Assembly: GCA_000320545.1 (NCBI GenBank)
Contig: ADNK01000947.1
Coordinates: 1 to 62,091 of the forward strand
Direction of reading: 5' to 3'
Length of the DNA stretch: 62,091 nucleotides
From: Bigelowiella natans CCMP2755
Taxonomy: Eukaryota > Protista > Cercozoa
In this document: positions 28,837 to 43,137 of the stretch, piece after piece
How positions within the stretch are numbered: the first letter of the stretch is position 1
Layout of the letters: each line of letters opens with the position of its first letter
Translations under genes and position numbers: made by a program
Notes under the pieces: model-generated
The model's input: only the letters and a program-made list of their open reading frames with translations
Told to the model about the DNA's origin: nothing
Databases searched by the model: none

Positions 28837-29659
28837 TTTGATATGCATGGAGGGTGAGCTTTACCATTTGATTCTATAAATGTGTTAATTCCTTAAAGAT
28901 TTTGATTCAGTAGTACTGAAGAAAATGTCGTAGATAATTATGTTGCTCTCTCTGATGTATTGTATCAACTTCCATCATAATTATAGAAAGGAAACATTCC
29001 CAGTGAAAGCCACTACCATTTAGCCCTGTTTTATTTGTCACGCCAAGGAGGGTAGATTCGTCCTACTAACTGTGATACCAACACGAATAAAAATACGACG
29101 AAGATGTCAATCTAATCAGAGGGTTGCAGTTGTTTGTGGTATGAATGAGAATGGTACACCCCATATTACAGCAGAATGAATTAATTGTCTTATTTCTCGT
29201 GTGTGTAGATGGGCTCGAGGGATACAAATTCTGCAATTGATGAAAAAATATAATCATCATCCATCCTCGATGGCATGTAGTATGCTAATAAATTCAACTC
29301 GAAAGGAAAGGAACTGGCAGGCTGTCAGCAGGTCATATCGGCGAACGAATGAGGACACACAACGACAACATAAATTAATGTGATAATCACCTAAATGTTA
29401 GTGATGAATACGCAAATCATTCCTCTTACTCTTCCCACCACCACAGAATCTTAGCCATAATGCGTAAGCTGGATGTAAAACCCACTTCCGATGTTCTTGG
29501 AGATGCTATTATGGCATACCACCATTCTGGTCAATGGACCAAGCGCTGAAGATGCTCAATCGCATCAAAAAGCTCATGCCTGGGATGAAAATCCCTATAA
29601 ATGTAGAGTATTTGTTCGAAAGTGCCACCACCACTCATCAGAATGGTATGAGAGCATAA
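23200..29659 (+). CDS. Pentatricopeptide-repeat (PPR) protein with acidic/low-complexity inserts, possibly organelle-targeted
   Basis: Spliced PPR-like motifs: ATPVHYASCISLLGAAG|QWEQAVQLLKR..MTRIDGIVPDERILLATMRALQ|FSNKWAESLDILD (24866-25915), QAARPCVYSSILRAFEN (~26705-26757), DAIMAYHHSGQW[D]QALKMLNRIK (~29500-29570). Putative N-terminus MNDETSCGSIRHNRLRSIRLLQCAHFV|VATLWCTWVLAWSSRAAPR is basic then hydrophobic. Start and several middle exons uncertain. Confidence 0.7.
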
Positions 29660-29699
29660 TGATCAACCGAATGTAAACCAACAAATGCACATATTATTC

Positions 29700-30857
29700 T
29701 CAATGCCATCATTGCATGCATGAGCCATATATGTCATTGAAATAGCGTTCGCAAAAATCGTGGCGGGCAGTGCAGCACATGCACAACGTCATTGGAACGT
29801 TTTGTGCGTTTGACCTTCAACATTCACACTTACACATGCAGCAGCGTACAGATTGTTTGGCCTAGACAAGCCACTCTCGCCACGCTAGTGCAAGTCGGCG
29901 GGGCATATAGCATCGATCTGCTAGTCTGACCATTCTAGCATTGTTGAACGCTCTTGTCTAGTCGTGGCTAGCTAGCTAGCAGTCTAGCAGAGCACGTTGC
30001 TAGACCAATCCGCCGCTCTGACCTACTGACCTAGCTAGTGACGTCTAAACGTTCGGCGACGCTAGAACGGCGGCCACACGCAATGTAATAATCTAGTAAT
30101 GTCTGGTGTCTGCAATTAGTGCATCATCTATCACACACTACTAAACTAGCGCGTGGCATCGCACCAGGCTAGCAGGCATAATGTGCTGCTGCGATTGTCG
30201 TGCAAACTTTCTAGCTTTTGCAAGGTGGGTGCACATATGATCAAATGGAGGCAAAGCTAGAAAGCGAGAGCTCTAGAGCCAGACTAGTGGAGGCACTGCT
30301 AGACTGCTCCAATTGGTCATGGCGGACGACGCGCCGCATTCTAGCATTTAGGCATGTCAACATGGCTGAGGTGCACGTGAAATTACAGCAGAATTGGCTG
30401 CACTTGTACTTGTGCGTCATGCCACACTAGCACACACTACTATGCTAGTATCTAGAGTATAGACTAGCGCACGCATACTAGCATATACTAGCACATACAC
30501 CAGCGGCGCTTTTTGCTGCATCGATCTGATCTCACCTGCACCAGCACATGCGCGATCCGTGCATCTCTAGATCTAGGTGGCATGTTGATGTTGATTAGCT
30601 TTGAATGTCGGGGCTAGACATCTGCTGCTGGAGGTGCATTATAATTTGCACATTTCAATGCGTATATCAATGTGCATGTCTAGCTAGCTAGATGTCTGAT
30701 GTGTGCACCAGCCATCGCTGATCGTCTAGACAAGCTAGCAAGCGCGCTCATGTGAGATTTAGGCCATTTCATTGCAGCCACGTACGCATTGCTAGTAGCT
30801 GCTAGGCTAGTCCGCACTTCGGACTTGCCGATTGTGCCAATTGGGCGTGCATGCGTC

Positions 30858-30930
<73 letters not shown>

Positions 30931-31050
30931 TGCAGATGTCAGGCATTGTTAGATTGGCTGCACAGCTAGCACATTAGCACAATGCGTGTCACATCCGCGA
31001 TCCTCAATGTGTCTAGGTTAGGCTAATCTCGTGCAACGAAATGGAGCCGC
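29700..31050. other. CTAG-saturated, TG/CA-rich intergenic domain between convergent genes
   Basis: About 41 CTAG counted by hand in 29861-31017, including runs such as gctagctagctagc. Confidence 0.9.
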
Positions 31051-31130
31051 CGATTGGATTGGGATTCAAGAAGTCATTTTGCGAAATGAATAATTCCAAA
31101 TTCATTCTGTAACATCTGCATGCATAGCCG

Positions 31131-31916
31131 TCATGATGCAGCTTTTAATATCTCTTTGTAGAGAAAATCGAGGTTTGGAATGTCCCGACGAAGAGCAGGT
31201 TTGAATTCAAACGTCTGAAGTTTAATAATCGAGGCCAAACAGAAAGTTGGTGCGATAAATTTGCGAATGATAAGATAAGCAAAGTTTCCTAGATTATTCG
31301 TTAATTTTACCGCCAAAAATTGAGAGATTTCCTTGTTCTTCAGATATTGAGCCCACATCCTAGCTGTTTTTCCATATGCTCCTACGTGCCGCACATTTAC
31401 ATTTGCCTCTTCTGTAAGGTACTTGACGTTATCAAGGCGACCATTTCGTGTTGCCCGTATCAAAGCAGTGGACCCATAATTATCGACTGCCTCTGTATCT
31501 ACATCATATTTCTCGCAAAGAAACTTTAAGATGGGCATGGAATCGTTTTCACCCGCTGCGTAAGATAGTGCTGAACGACCAAATTTTGTACGGTAATTCA
31601 CGTCAGCCTTGAGCCGCACCAAGCACTTAACTGCATCAAATTTTTTATAGAATGCAGCTCGAGCAAGTGGAGTAAAGCCATTGGAATTTGTACAGTTGAC
31701 ACTAATTCCTAGTTTTAGCCAATGTTTAATGGCGTCGACGTCATTCTTTTCGCAAGCTCTAACCGTCTGGAATATTAATTTACCAATGACTGATTAATGG
31801 AGCTTTCTATCGTAGCGACGGGCAATTATTTTTAGGAAAAAAAAAACATCAACGGATCTAGGGCTATAACCATGGTAATAAGCTCTTGTTGCAATGGACT
31901 TTCGAAGCCACGACAT
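31131..31916 (-). CDS. Ankyrin-repeat protein (2 exons, ~4-5 repeats)
   Basis: Exon 1 MSWLRKSIATRAYYH(V) (ATG 31916, donor gttata), phase-1 join at acceptor ttaatcag to IGKLIFQTVRACEKNDVDAIKHWLKLGISVNCTNSNGFTPLARAAFYKKFDAVKCLVRLKADVNYRTKFGRSALSYAAG...DNYGSTALIRATRNGRLDNVKYLTEEA...GAYGKTARMWA. Confidence 0.88.
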
Positions 31917-32072
31917 AGCCGGAATGGATGATAAATATGAGCCATATTTAGCAATTGTGCATTTGAGGATAGGGTTCTAATTCCTACCTTAAATTGCCAT
32001 ATGGGATCTCTTCATTTCTTTTTTCTTCAGCCTAAACATTCACCAGGTACAATTATTTTTTTTGACTCAATT

Positions 32073-32358
32073 TTAATCATTCTGGAAGACCTTTTCTCTG
32101 ATTGATTCTCTCTGTTTGAACACCTTCAGCTCCATTTTAAGCTTCTCAGTCTCAATTTTGAGCTTTTCACACTCAAGGCGGCGCATCTGTACTTCAGTTT
32201 TGTACGCTTCTGTTTGGGCCTTAACCAGCTCGATCTCTGTGTCAAACTTTGTTACAAGTGCCAGTAGAGCTTGGTTGAAGTCCCCCCCTGTTGCTACTGC
32301 TTCTCTAGAGTACTTGTTGTCGTCGTCCTCCTGCTGCTGCTTCCTCCTTTGATTTGCC

Positions 32359-32392
<34 letters not shown>

Positions 32393-32990
32393 GAGGACCA
32401 AAGCTCTTTTTTCCATCACCCATCGTCATTTTCTTTGATGCTAATTTATCTTCGGAGTCTTTAGAAGTTCTACTTCCATCCCCTCCCTCCTTCGAATATG
32501 ATGACCTCCTTTCCTCTATAAACACGATTACTATTTTTCATTCCATAAGGATATTTGTTTCATATCAATTCAGTTACTCAATGCTCTCTCTTTTCTCTTC
32601 CACATTTCAATCAGGCCCGAGGTTCCTAGGAAGATATAGCGATAACTGTTACAATCTCGTTTTAGACGGATAATGGAGGATTGACGGCTCATTCGAGCAC
32701 CAACCAGAACCCGAGTAATGTGTATGAAATTTGATGCTAGTAGTAGACACGCGTGCTTGTGCCTGATGAATGCAAGACCTCGCACATGGTGGGCCATTGT
32801 TCTTTGATATCTTGATACACTACTACTACTTTGTTCCTACTGTTGTGCAATAGGTTGTTCCCTGTCACTAAATACTACCTGAATACTTGCTGCTCTTTTT
32901 CACATATGTACTGCAGGTGATTCTGAGACCGCTTCAGCATTTTTCTCCGCCCCCCCTTGGCTAACTTTGGTTTTACATTTTCCTATTGGT
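32073..32990 (-). CDS. Hypothetical protein with C-terminal coiled coil (upstream exons uncertain)
   Basis: Terminal exon ORF 32073-32525 ends FNQALLALVTKFDTEIELVKAQTEAYKTEVQMRRLECEKLKIETEKLKMELKVFKQRESIREKVFQND*. Candidate upstream exons at 32590-32990. Confidence 0.5.
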
Positions 32991-33114
32991 GAGATTCTTT
33001 CCCCAGTTTGAATGAATCTTGTTCCATGGGTTGGTTGGGTTGGTCAGACAAGACACGTGCGTGCTCTGATCATTACCGACTCGCTGCTCAACGGTATACA
33101 TGAACCTATATCTA

Positions 33115-33220
33115 AACAGAATGGCCTATATTTTACATGTGCGACAACTCAATTATTACTTCAGATATAAACAGAATGGTCTATATTTTACATGTGCGAC
33201 AATCCAATTATGACTTCAGT
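33115..33220. repeat. ~51-bp imperfect tandem duplication in the divergent promoter gap upstream of TEX9
   Basis: aaacagaatggcctatattttacatgtgcgacaactcaattattacttcag is followed by aaacagaatggtctatattttacatgtgcgacaatccaattatgacttcag. Confidence 0.9.
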
Positions 33221-33538
33221 ACGACGGAAATTCGTCACAGCCCAAAAACTACCACCGGTAAGCGGTTATTGGAATACCCCAACAGCTTTTTTTGGGGGGA
33301 GGAGGAATAGGAAGCGAAACTAATACTCCTAGAGAATTGACTGCAGCTCCAATAAAAGGGACTTAAAACCGAACTCGGTGGTTGATAGTTAGATTTAACG
33401 CGATTAAGACTATGGGAGTGAGACCGAGAGCAATTTACACGATAATACACTGATCAGTCGAGTAGCACTACAATGATAAGAAAGAAGATTGTCTCCATCC
33501 TTAAGGCTATTCTTTCAGTAAATACTGTACACCTTCCG

Positions 33539-36158
<2,620 letters not shown>

Positions 36159-37810
36159 GCAGAGATCAATTCACTCCACGAACACTGAAAGCAACACATT
36201 GCTCTCTGCAAATGTCTGCTTGAAGCCATGGATGCGATGACACAATGCATGTTATCATGTGTCAAATGGGCAAAAGATTTTTGCACGCTCTTTCACGTGC
36301 TGTGCACGTTGCAACGACGAGTGCGTGCGAGCATGCCCATGCTTTATAGCTTCCGATCCTGTCAGAACTCATCGTTTCCAAAGTGATCTGCGTGAGATGA
36401 CTGCTTGCAGCGCACAAGCATTCGGCGACCATTCGACTGATGGTGCACGCAAGATGCACACAGCATCTCACATTGCAGCAGCGCTCTGGCGCTGCCACAC
36501 AACTGTCGACGTCCAGTGCGATCCTGGGTTCGAATTTTGGCCCTGGAACTGGCTTCATGGATGAAAATCTGCTAGCTTGTTTCCCTGCTGGCCTGGCTCC
36601 AAACACAGCTAGACAGATCGGGGCATCGTTGGGTGCACAAAACTTGAAGCTTGAAAAGACGTTTGCTTGTGCACCGCGCCAGCGCGTGCTGGAGTGCCAA
36701 ATGCCCCAGTCCAGGCGCCGACACGGTCCGTGTCTTCTAGTCTCAAGCATCAGAACTGCTGGACTGGAACTGGGGGAAGACCGATGCGATTCCAATGCCA
36801 TGGGCCATTTTTGAGCTCTGCGATGCTGGACAGCTCTGCTAGTCTGGCACGTGATTGGAGCTTTGCGGTTTTCGAGAAGTGCAGAGATTTTTCGATTTTT
36901 TCGAGGCCAACCGGCTAGCCGGGGTGTTGCAGTGGTGAACATCGCCAGTGCGTGTGCGCACAAAAAGTGCAAAAAGTGGAAAGGCGCTGCCGCGCACACG
37001 CGTGTGTGTTCCGAACCAGCGCTTGCAACGTTTGCTGGTGCGTGCGTGCTGGCGTGCCAATGATGGTTGTCGGTGGTGGTGGTGATGGCGATGGAAATGG
37101 GCCGCTCCAGCGCCACTGCCGTGCGTGCACGCAAGCGCACGTGCAGGACCACAGCCGCCGCAGGTGTTGAGCAACCACGTGTGCCGCGATTGCTCGTTGC
37201 TGGTTTCAGTCAGTGCTCACAACACGCTGGACGCTTGTTCGTGTTTTGGGGTGCGCACAAATCGATGGTGTGCGCTGTCAGCAGTGGCGAAGCCTGGAAG
37301 CACGAGTGAACTTGAACGAGTGGACGAGTGAATCGAAGAAAGTTTGTTTGCGGCAAGGTGAGCTGAACATGACAAACTTTGTGCTTGATGGATGAACGAA
37401 CTCGAGGAAGCTTCGAAGAATCTCTTGACAGCGTGAGTTGACGAAGTGCAATGAGGTTGTCAAAACGTTCAAACTGCACAACTCAATGCTGAAAATGTCA
37501 CAAGATCTTTCTTTTCAAACCACACAGCACGTGCCATCAACACATCAGAGTTGTTCGTGAAGAGTTGAGCATTTCCAATGATCTGAGGTCATTTTCCCAA
37601 AAGCATCAACATCATTTCTGCGACAACCATTGAACCAATCGCTCAGAGTCATGCAGATTTCAATTGTTTGGGTGATTTCCCCTCAAAAGCATCAATGACA
37701 TTGGCGACAAGCATGGAAAAATCCCAACGATCATTGACATAATCAATCAAATCAGTCAATTGCCCTGCTTCCTGCAATTTGAGCAACGGAGCCGAGAAAG
37801 GAAGCAATCT
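36159..37810. other. TpA-void, GC-elevated, TG/CA-rich non-coding domain
   Basis: Hand scan: no TA dinucleotide from 36918 to 37740; only 5 TA in 36349-37740, all inside CTAG. Confidence 0.9.
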
Positions 37811-37850
37811 TTTAGCACGAGGGAGCCGAGAAAGGAAGCAATCTTTTAGC
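37788..37850. repeat. 29-bp direct repeat x2 (ggagccgagaaaggaagcaatcttttagc), period 34
   Basis: Copies at 37788-37816 and 37822-37850, at the right edge of the TpA-void domain. Confidence 0.95.
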
Positions 37851-37860
37851 TAAAAAAGCG

Positions 37861-38310
37861 TCATGATGCTAGTGCACACACAGAGAAAACATCAAGTGAA
37901 GGCTGGATCTCACAGTGAGAGGCAGCGAAGGAAGAAACACGCGGTGTACATGGTCGAATCCCGCCGACGCCAGATCTTTCTTTGTACATGCGCTCCGGAA
38001 AGAGAATTGTGATAGTGTTCAAAACAAAGCTTGCCACCACCATTTGTACCGGAACGACAACACTAAACGTGGGGTTCTCCATGATTCGCTCACCACACTA
38101 ACAATAGATTGGGTGGCAGTACTCGCTACTGAAAAAAGGACGATGAGACATCCTCTTACCGATGTCGATTCTTCGTGCAAATTGATGTCGCAAACACCAA
38201 ATTGCCACAATTCCACAGGTGAACAGTGAGAGATTTCTTGTGAATTCTTCGCCTCCTCCTCTCGTATTTCGGACAAAATGCAAGAGGTCGGATTCCTGCG
38301 CGTACGGCAT
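37861..38310 (-). CDS. Possible small hypothetical gene (low confidence)
   Basis: ORF MPYAQESDLLHFVRNTRGG... (38310) with a good donor (ATCG|gtaaga) and overlapping minus-strand ORFs down to 37861. No recognisable domain. Confidence 0.25.
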
Positions 38311-38361
38311 TGTTCATTGTTCATTGTTCATTGTTCATTGCATGAACACGGAAACTAATAG

Positions 38362-40070
38362 ATGATGAAGCGACGCCGCCCAGAAGAGCTAGAGCCCCAT
38401 GAATGCTGGCAATGCGACTGCGGAAAAGTAATACTTTTGGTGAAGGATTTGGGGGTTGTGGGGATGTGCTGTTTGGTACGAGTAAATAGGGTGTTGCAAC
38501 AAATGATCGAAAAATCGTGCAAAGTTAGGCAAGAAATGCCTTGTAACATTTCGAAGTGGTTTATCCTATGGTAGGTTTATAAGAAAACTTCTGTCCACTC
38601 AATTGGTCGCCACAAAGAGAGATGTGTACTGTGGCTCGGAGCTAATCCCCAGACACGTCCCTCCCTACTAGAAGAGATAGAGCGATGCATCCGAATAACT
38701 AGAACCTGTACAGCTGATAACCAACATCAAATTTCAGTTTCAGTTTTATTAATTAATAATGTGTTTTGTTCAATTTCAGCTCCGAGCTCAAGATTAAATT
38801 TTGAGAGCGTTTTTGCCTCAGTTGATCATTGGGGAGAATTGAGTATTGGTAGATTTATCATTGAGCCGACCCTCAATGCAATATGGATCGATAGCGGGGG
38901 CAGCAGTATGTTATCATTAGATGTTAAAAGAGATAGGCATCCTTGGAATAAGGTGACAAAAAATACTTCAAGAAGTTTGAGAAATCTAAGATAGCAATTG
39001 TCACAGGCGTTTCATTTTGCATACGAAGGGCAAAATGTATTTGAGAAAATCATGGTAAAATATGGAGAGTAAGATCTCAATATTCTTCTAAAGATATTAA
39101 CTAACGACTTACAGGCTACATATATGAAAAAAGCCAGTGCTAGCTTTCCCTGCTTAATGCAAAATGGAAAATGGATACTCATCTCCCTACGATGTGTTGG
39201 CACAACACGTGTCTTCATGATAGGGTGGATTCAAGATATTACACTTCAGTTGAGTCAAGTACAGAAAATTGTGCAGGAGAGAACAAACTCTTCCCGCCAA
39301 GAGGGTCGTTCATCAAGAATTGCTGACCCGAATAGGACAAGGGCAAATGCGCATGCAACATCTACGTCGGCCCAAGAATGGGTGCCACACAGGGACAGGT
39401 CAAGACAATGCAACAATGCAATATCTTAAGATTCTAATTTGATCACTAACATAGCGTCCTATTGTTAAATGTGTGCAGGAATGTCCAAGGTGGTGTTGTC
39501 CCAAATCTTAAGGAAGGTTTTGTTCCAAGGATAAATTCTAGGGGTGCTGAGAGTATCGATCGCACCTTCTCACATAGCAACCGTCGCATAGAATCGCATG
39601 AAGAATTATTGCCGCATGAAGAATTTGGACATAGAAGAAAACAAATTAGGAGCATCATGCTAGAAGACAAATTTGCTACAAATTCTGCCAAGATGAAGAA
39701 TCTCGATAGTTTCTCAGGTTCAAATGCAGTAGCCAGAGCTAGTTGGGTCCGTAACCTTGTTAAATCAGAACAAAGAGGATTGCCCAGAAGAAAGATTTAC
39801 TCTGAATCCCCCCCGCATTTGAGATATCCCGAAGCAGCTGGAAGGCCTAGTTTATTACACCAATCCCAACTTGAAGGTACAACTGAGTCCAGAAGATTAA
39901 TTGGCTATGGTGTTTCATCAGCGTCATCATCGAGAAAAAAGGAACTACAAACTAGCCAGTCAGCGCCACAACAAGTGCACATGGGGTTATCTAGGATTGC
40001 AAACGAATCTCAAGTTGGTTCAGCGTCTCAGAAAGACACAGGAATAAGTGCAAAACAAAGAAAAATTTAA
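38362..40070 (+). CDS. Putative transcription factor: N-terminal C2HC-type zinc finger + PAS-like domain + S/R-rich tail (6 exons)
   Basis: Phase-consistent model with exons ~38362-38427, 38575-38708, 38781-38952, 39007-39054, 39118-39397, 39479-40070. Translation: ECWQCDCGK|VYKKTSVHSIGRHKERC ... LNFESVFASVDHWGELSIGRFIIEPTLNAIWIDSGGSSMLSL...FPCLMQNGKWILISLRCVGTTRVFMIGWIQDITLQ (PAC-like 'GxW..' and 'GxxQDIT' ending). Confidence 0.72.
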
Positions 40071-41080
40071 TTTGGTCAAAGAAAGTGGGCAAACTGGATA
40101 ATTAGACATTTGATGTACTTCATAGAAATCTTAAAGAAATATAATCTGTCGTGCAATGTATACAAACGCAGGCGAGTTTTAACAGCGCATACTACCCGAG
40201 CTTACTGACGGCAACATCTTTTCAATAACAACTTATCCGTATTCTCCCAGTCACATGGGGGTTAAGAAACAACGGATATTGTATCTGGACTTCTGGACAT
40301 AAGAGTGCTGACAAAATGGACTGAACCCCTGGTATGATTTAGTAAATAAAGCAGAAAAGTGTATGACAGACTTTGGCTGTCTAAAAAAAGATTATGCCTA
40401 AACTTTGTTGTCTCATTGAGAAGACACTCTACCACTGTTCACCACTCCTCTCATGTACACATGGCATTACAGCTAGTCTAGCAGTGGTGTGTAAAGACAA
40501 TGCGCAACTCTAGTTCAGAATTAAAGCTCTTGCAGAGTGGAAGGATGTACATGATAAAATCACTTGCATGTCACATGTAACAACCTCGTATGTGTACATG
40601 TGCCGACACGTAGTGACAAGAAAATTTAATAATGTGCTAGAGTGTCGTCTTAGCATCTTAGCTAGAGGCATTGCAAAACGAGCTAGCGAGTGCACATCTA
40701 CTTGTCGTAAATGGTTAAAATTGTGAGCTTCGAAGGCATCGTTGGTCCTAACACAACTAGAAACTTTGCTAGCACATGATGTGCTTGTGTAGATACCCGC
40801 TAGCTCGGCACACAAACATGCACACACGTGCTGCTTTGGATTTGAATGGCACATTTGGTGCCATCTAACAAGCTAGTAAGTAGACACAATGACACACTGT
40901 TCATCACTTCTAGCTTTGCTCATTGTGTCATGCCTGTGTAGCCAATCTAACAATCTAGCATGTCTAGATGTCTAGATGTGCGTCAAACATTGTTATCAAT
41001 AATTAATGAGAAAAACATGTAAATACCAACAATAGATGCTGCCATCACCTAGATGACTTTATCTAGACTTTCCATTGTTT

Positions 41081-42101
41081 CAACATCCATCGTCTACCCC
41101 ATCGTCAACTTCATCATTGTCATCGATTGAAGCGTACTTGATGCCCTCAATAGCAGCCTCCATCTTCGCTCTTTCAGCTGCTGATTTTGCTAATGTAGTA
41201 TGAATGTGGTTAATCTTATGCAACCCGATGAGAGGCAGCACTATCTAGACTGTGCCACACAAGAGTAATCCGTTTGGTAAACTATAACTGCTTTAAATAA
41301 AGTGTACGAGGTTAGGGTATAAAAAATTGATGTACTATTCCTCATTTCAAGATAATCATCATTATAATTATTAAGAGATTATCAGAAATCAAACTTTTAA
41401 ATAGCAATTAACCTGCTGCAGCCGCCAATGTTGCTTTAGCACTAGCATCTTCTGCTCTTTCAGCAATTGATGATGATGATGATGATGATGGTGGTGATGA
41501 AGACATCGGCGACGGTATTGCTGCATTGCTGTCATCATCCTCTAATCTGATTTCTCTAGCTTTTGAAAGATCCATATTCCCTTGATTCAGAAGTAGCAAA
41601 GAATATGAAGCAACTCCATCAAATCGATCTCATAGCACATATTGTAGACTGTTATTGGAACTTTGTATCTATCACAGTAGTCGCTACCACTACTTCTTGT
41701 GACTATCTTTCCATTCATCGGCAAGTTATTGGTATCCCCAACTACAACTAAGCTATAGGTTACCACCTAATCGTACTGCACACATCGCTTTTTCTGGAAG
41801 CTCTTGGACATTCTATTAGTTGTTAAACAAGGCACCGCAGCATATTGAATGAATGTAATGAAAGATGATGATGGTCATGTTCACATTCGATCGAATGCTA
41901 CGTTTATGTGAAGTCTGCAGGAATGTGTCATAAGACAATAAAATTTGCCCGCGCGCATACACAGACTCGCGCGCGCGCGCGCGCACACACACACACACAC
42001 ACAAAAACTTTGTCTTAATATACATATATAGCATATTAATGTACATAAAAGAGGAAGAAATACAAATGATTACAATTAGATACTGTAAATGTATATAATG
42101 T

Positions 42102-42142
<41 letters not shown>

Positions 42143-42490
42143 TCACTTTCTATATTTTAAATTTCGATGCAGCATTAAATTGATTGCTATCATAATCACG
42201 TTACTAATTACCTTCCCCTCTAAGACCCAAACCATATCCACCACCACAGATGATATGAACATCTGTCATAATGAAACAACAACCGATCAATTTGAATAGG
42301 CATTCACCAGCATCATCACATCATTCAACTACCATTGAAAAAAATACACATGATTAATGGTGCTGTTTACGGAGCGGTACTTCTATAATGTGATGGAATA
42401 AAAATTGGAGGGTGAGAGCAGAATTGAAAATTTCGAAGCTCAAAAGGCGACTTGCAAGCCATATTATATGTGCACTCACAACTCAAAAAT

Positions 42491-42530
<40 letters not shown>

Positions 42531-43091
42531 CATGTATATGCGTATGTGTGCGTGCGTGCGTGTGTGTTTGCGCTACCGAGGCAATCTTGAGGATTCCCTT
42601 TGCTATGATCGAAGTATCAACCTTCATCCATAGTCATGATTAATGTGTAAGATGATGATGTTGGTGGTGATGAAGAAAGCTATAGGTACCGTTCTCTTGT
42701 AATAATACTAATACAAATTATACTACTAATTATAACAATAGCTGTATGTAGCTGTCGTTGGTGTTTGGCTACGCATGATGAATTAAATAACGAATTCTCA
42801 ATCGCTTGTCCATTTATATTTATAAAGTGATACGACTACTATTACTATTACCTCAACGTCCACCTCCATATAGTCCTTTCCAAAGAAATATCTTGAAGAA
42901 TAACAACAAAAGAATAACACATATCGAAGTGGTTGTAATGTTATAATCGACGAAGTACAATGTAAAGCCCTCATCATCACAGATGCTTTTATGCACGATG
43001 CTTCTTTTGCTCAGATCACAGGATGCTGATGACTTGAGGAGTCCTTCATTCATTGTAACCGGCGTCACTTTATTTTTCCTCCCCTCCTCCT

Positions 43092-43137
<46 letters not shown>

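Noticed and set aside
31767-31783. 17-nt nucleomorph-style mini-intron (gtaaattaatattccag) in the ankyrin gene
   Set aside because: An upstream acceptor (ttaatcag) with an ~81-nt intron gives a complete in-phase model without it.
36259-37481. Many long overlapping ORFs in all frames (e.g. 296 aa at 36262-37152), and a minus-strand frame at 37250-37790 interrupted only by TGA, suggesting a CpG-decayed pseudogene
   Set aside because: The absence of TA removes TAA/TAG stops, so long ORFs and TGA-only stops are expected by composition. No domain is recognisable and CpG is not depleted.
37945-37972. tRNA-like 3' end (ggtcgaatcccgccgacgcca), and a B-box-like gggttcgaat at 36527
   Set aside because: No pairing T-stem, acceptor stem or A-box could be built; at most SINE-like relics.
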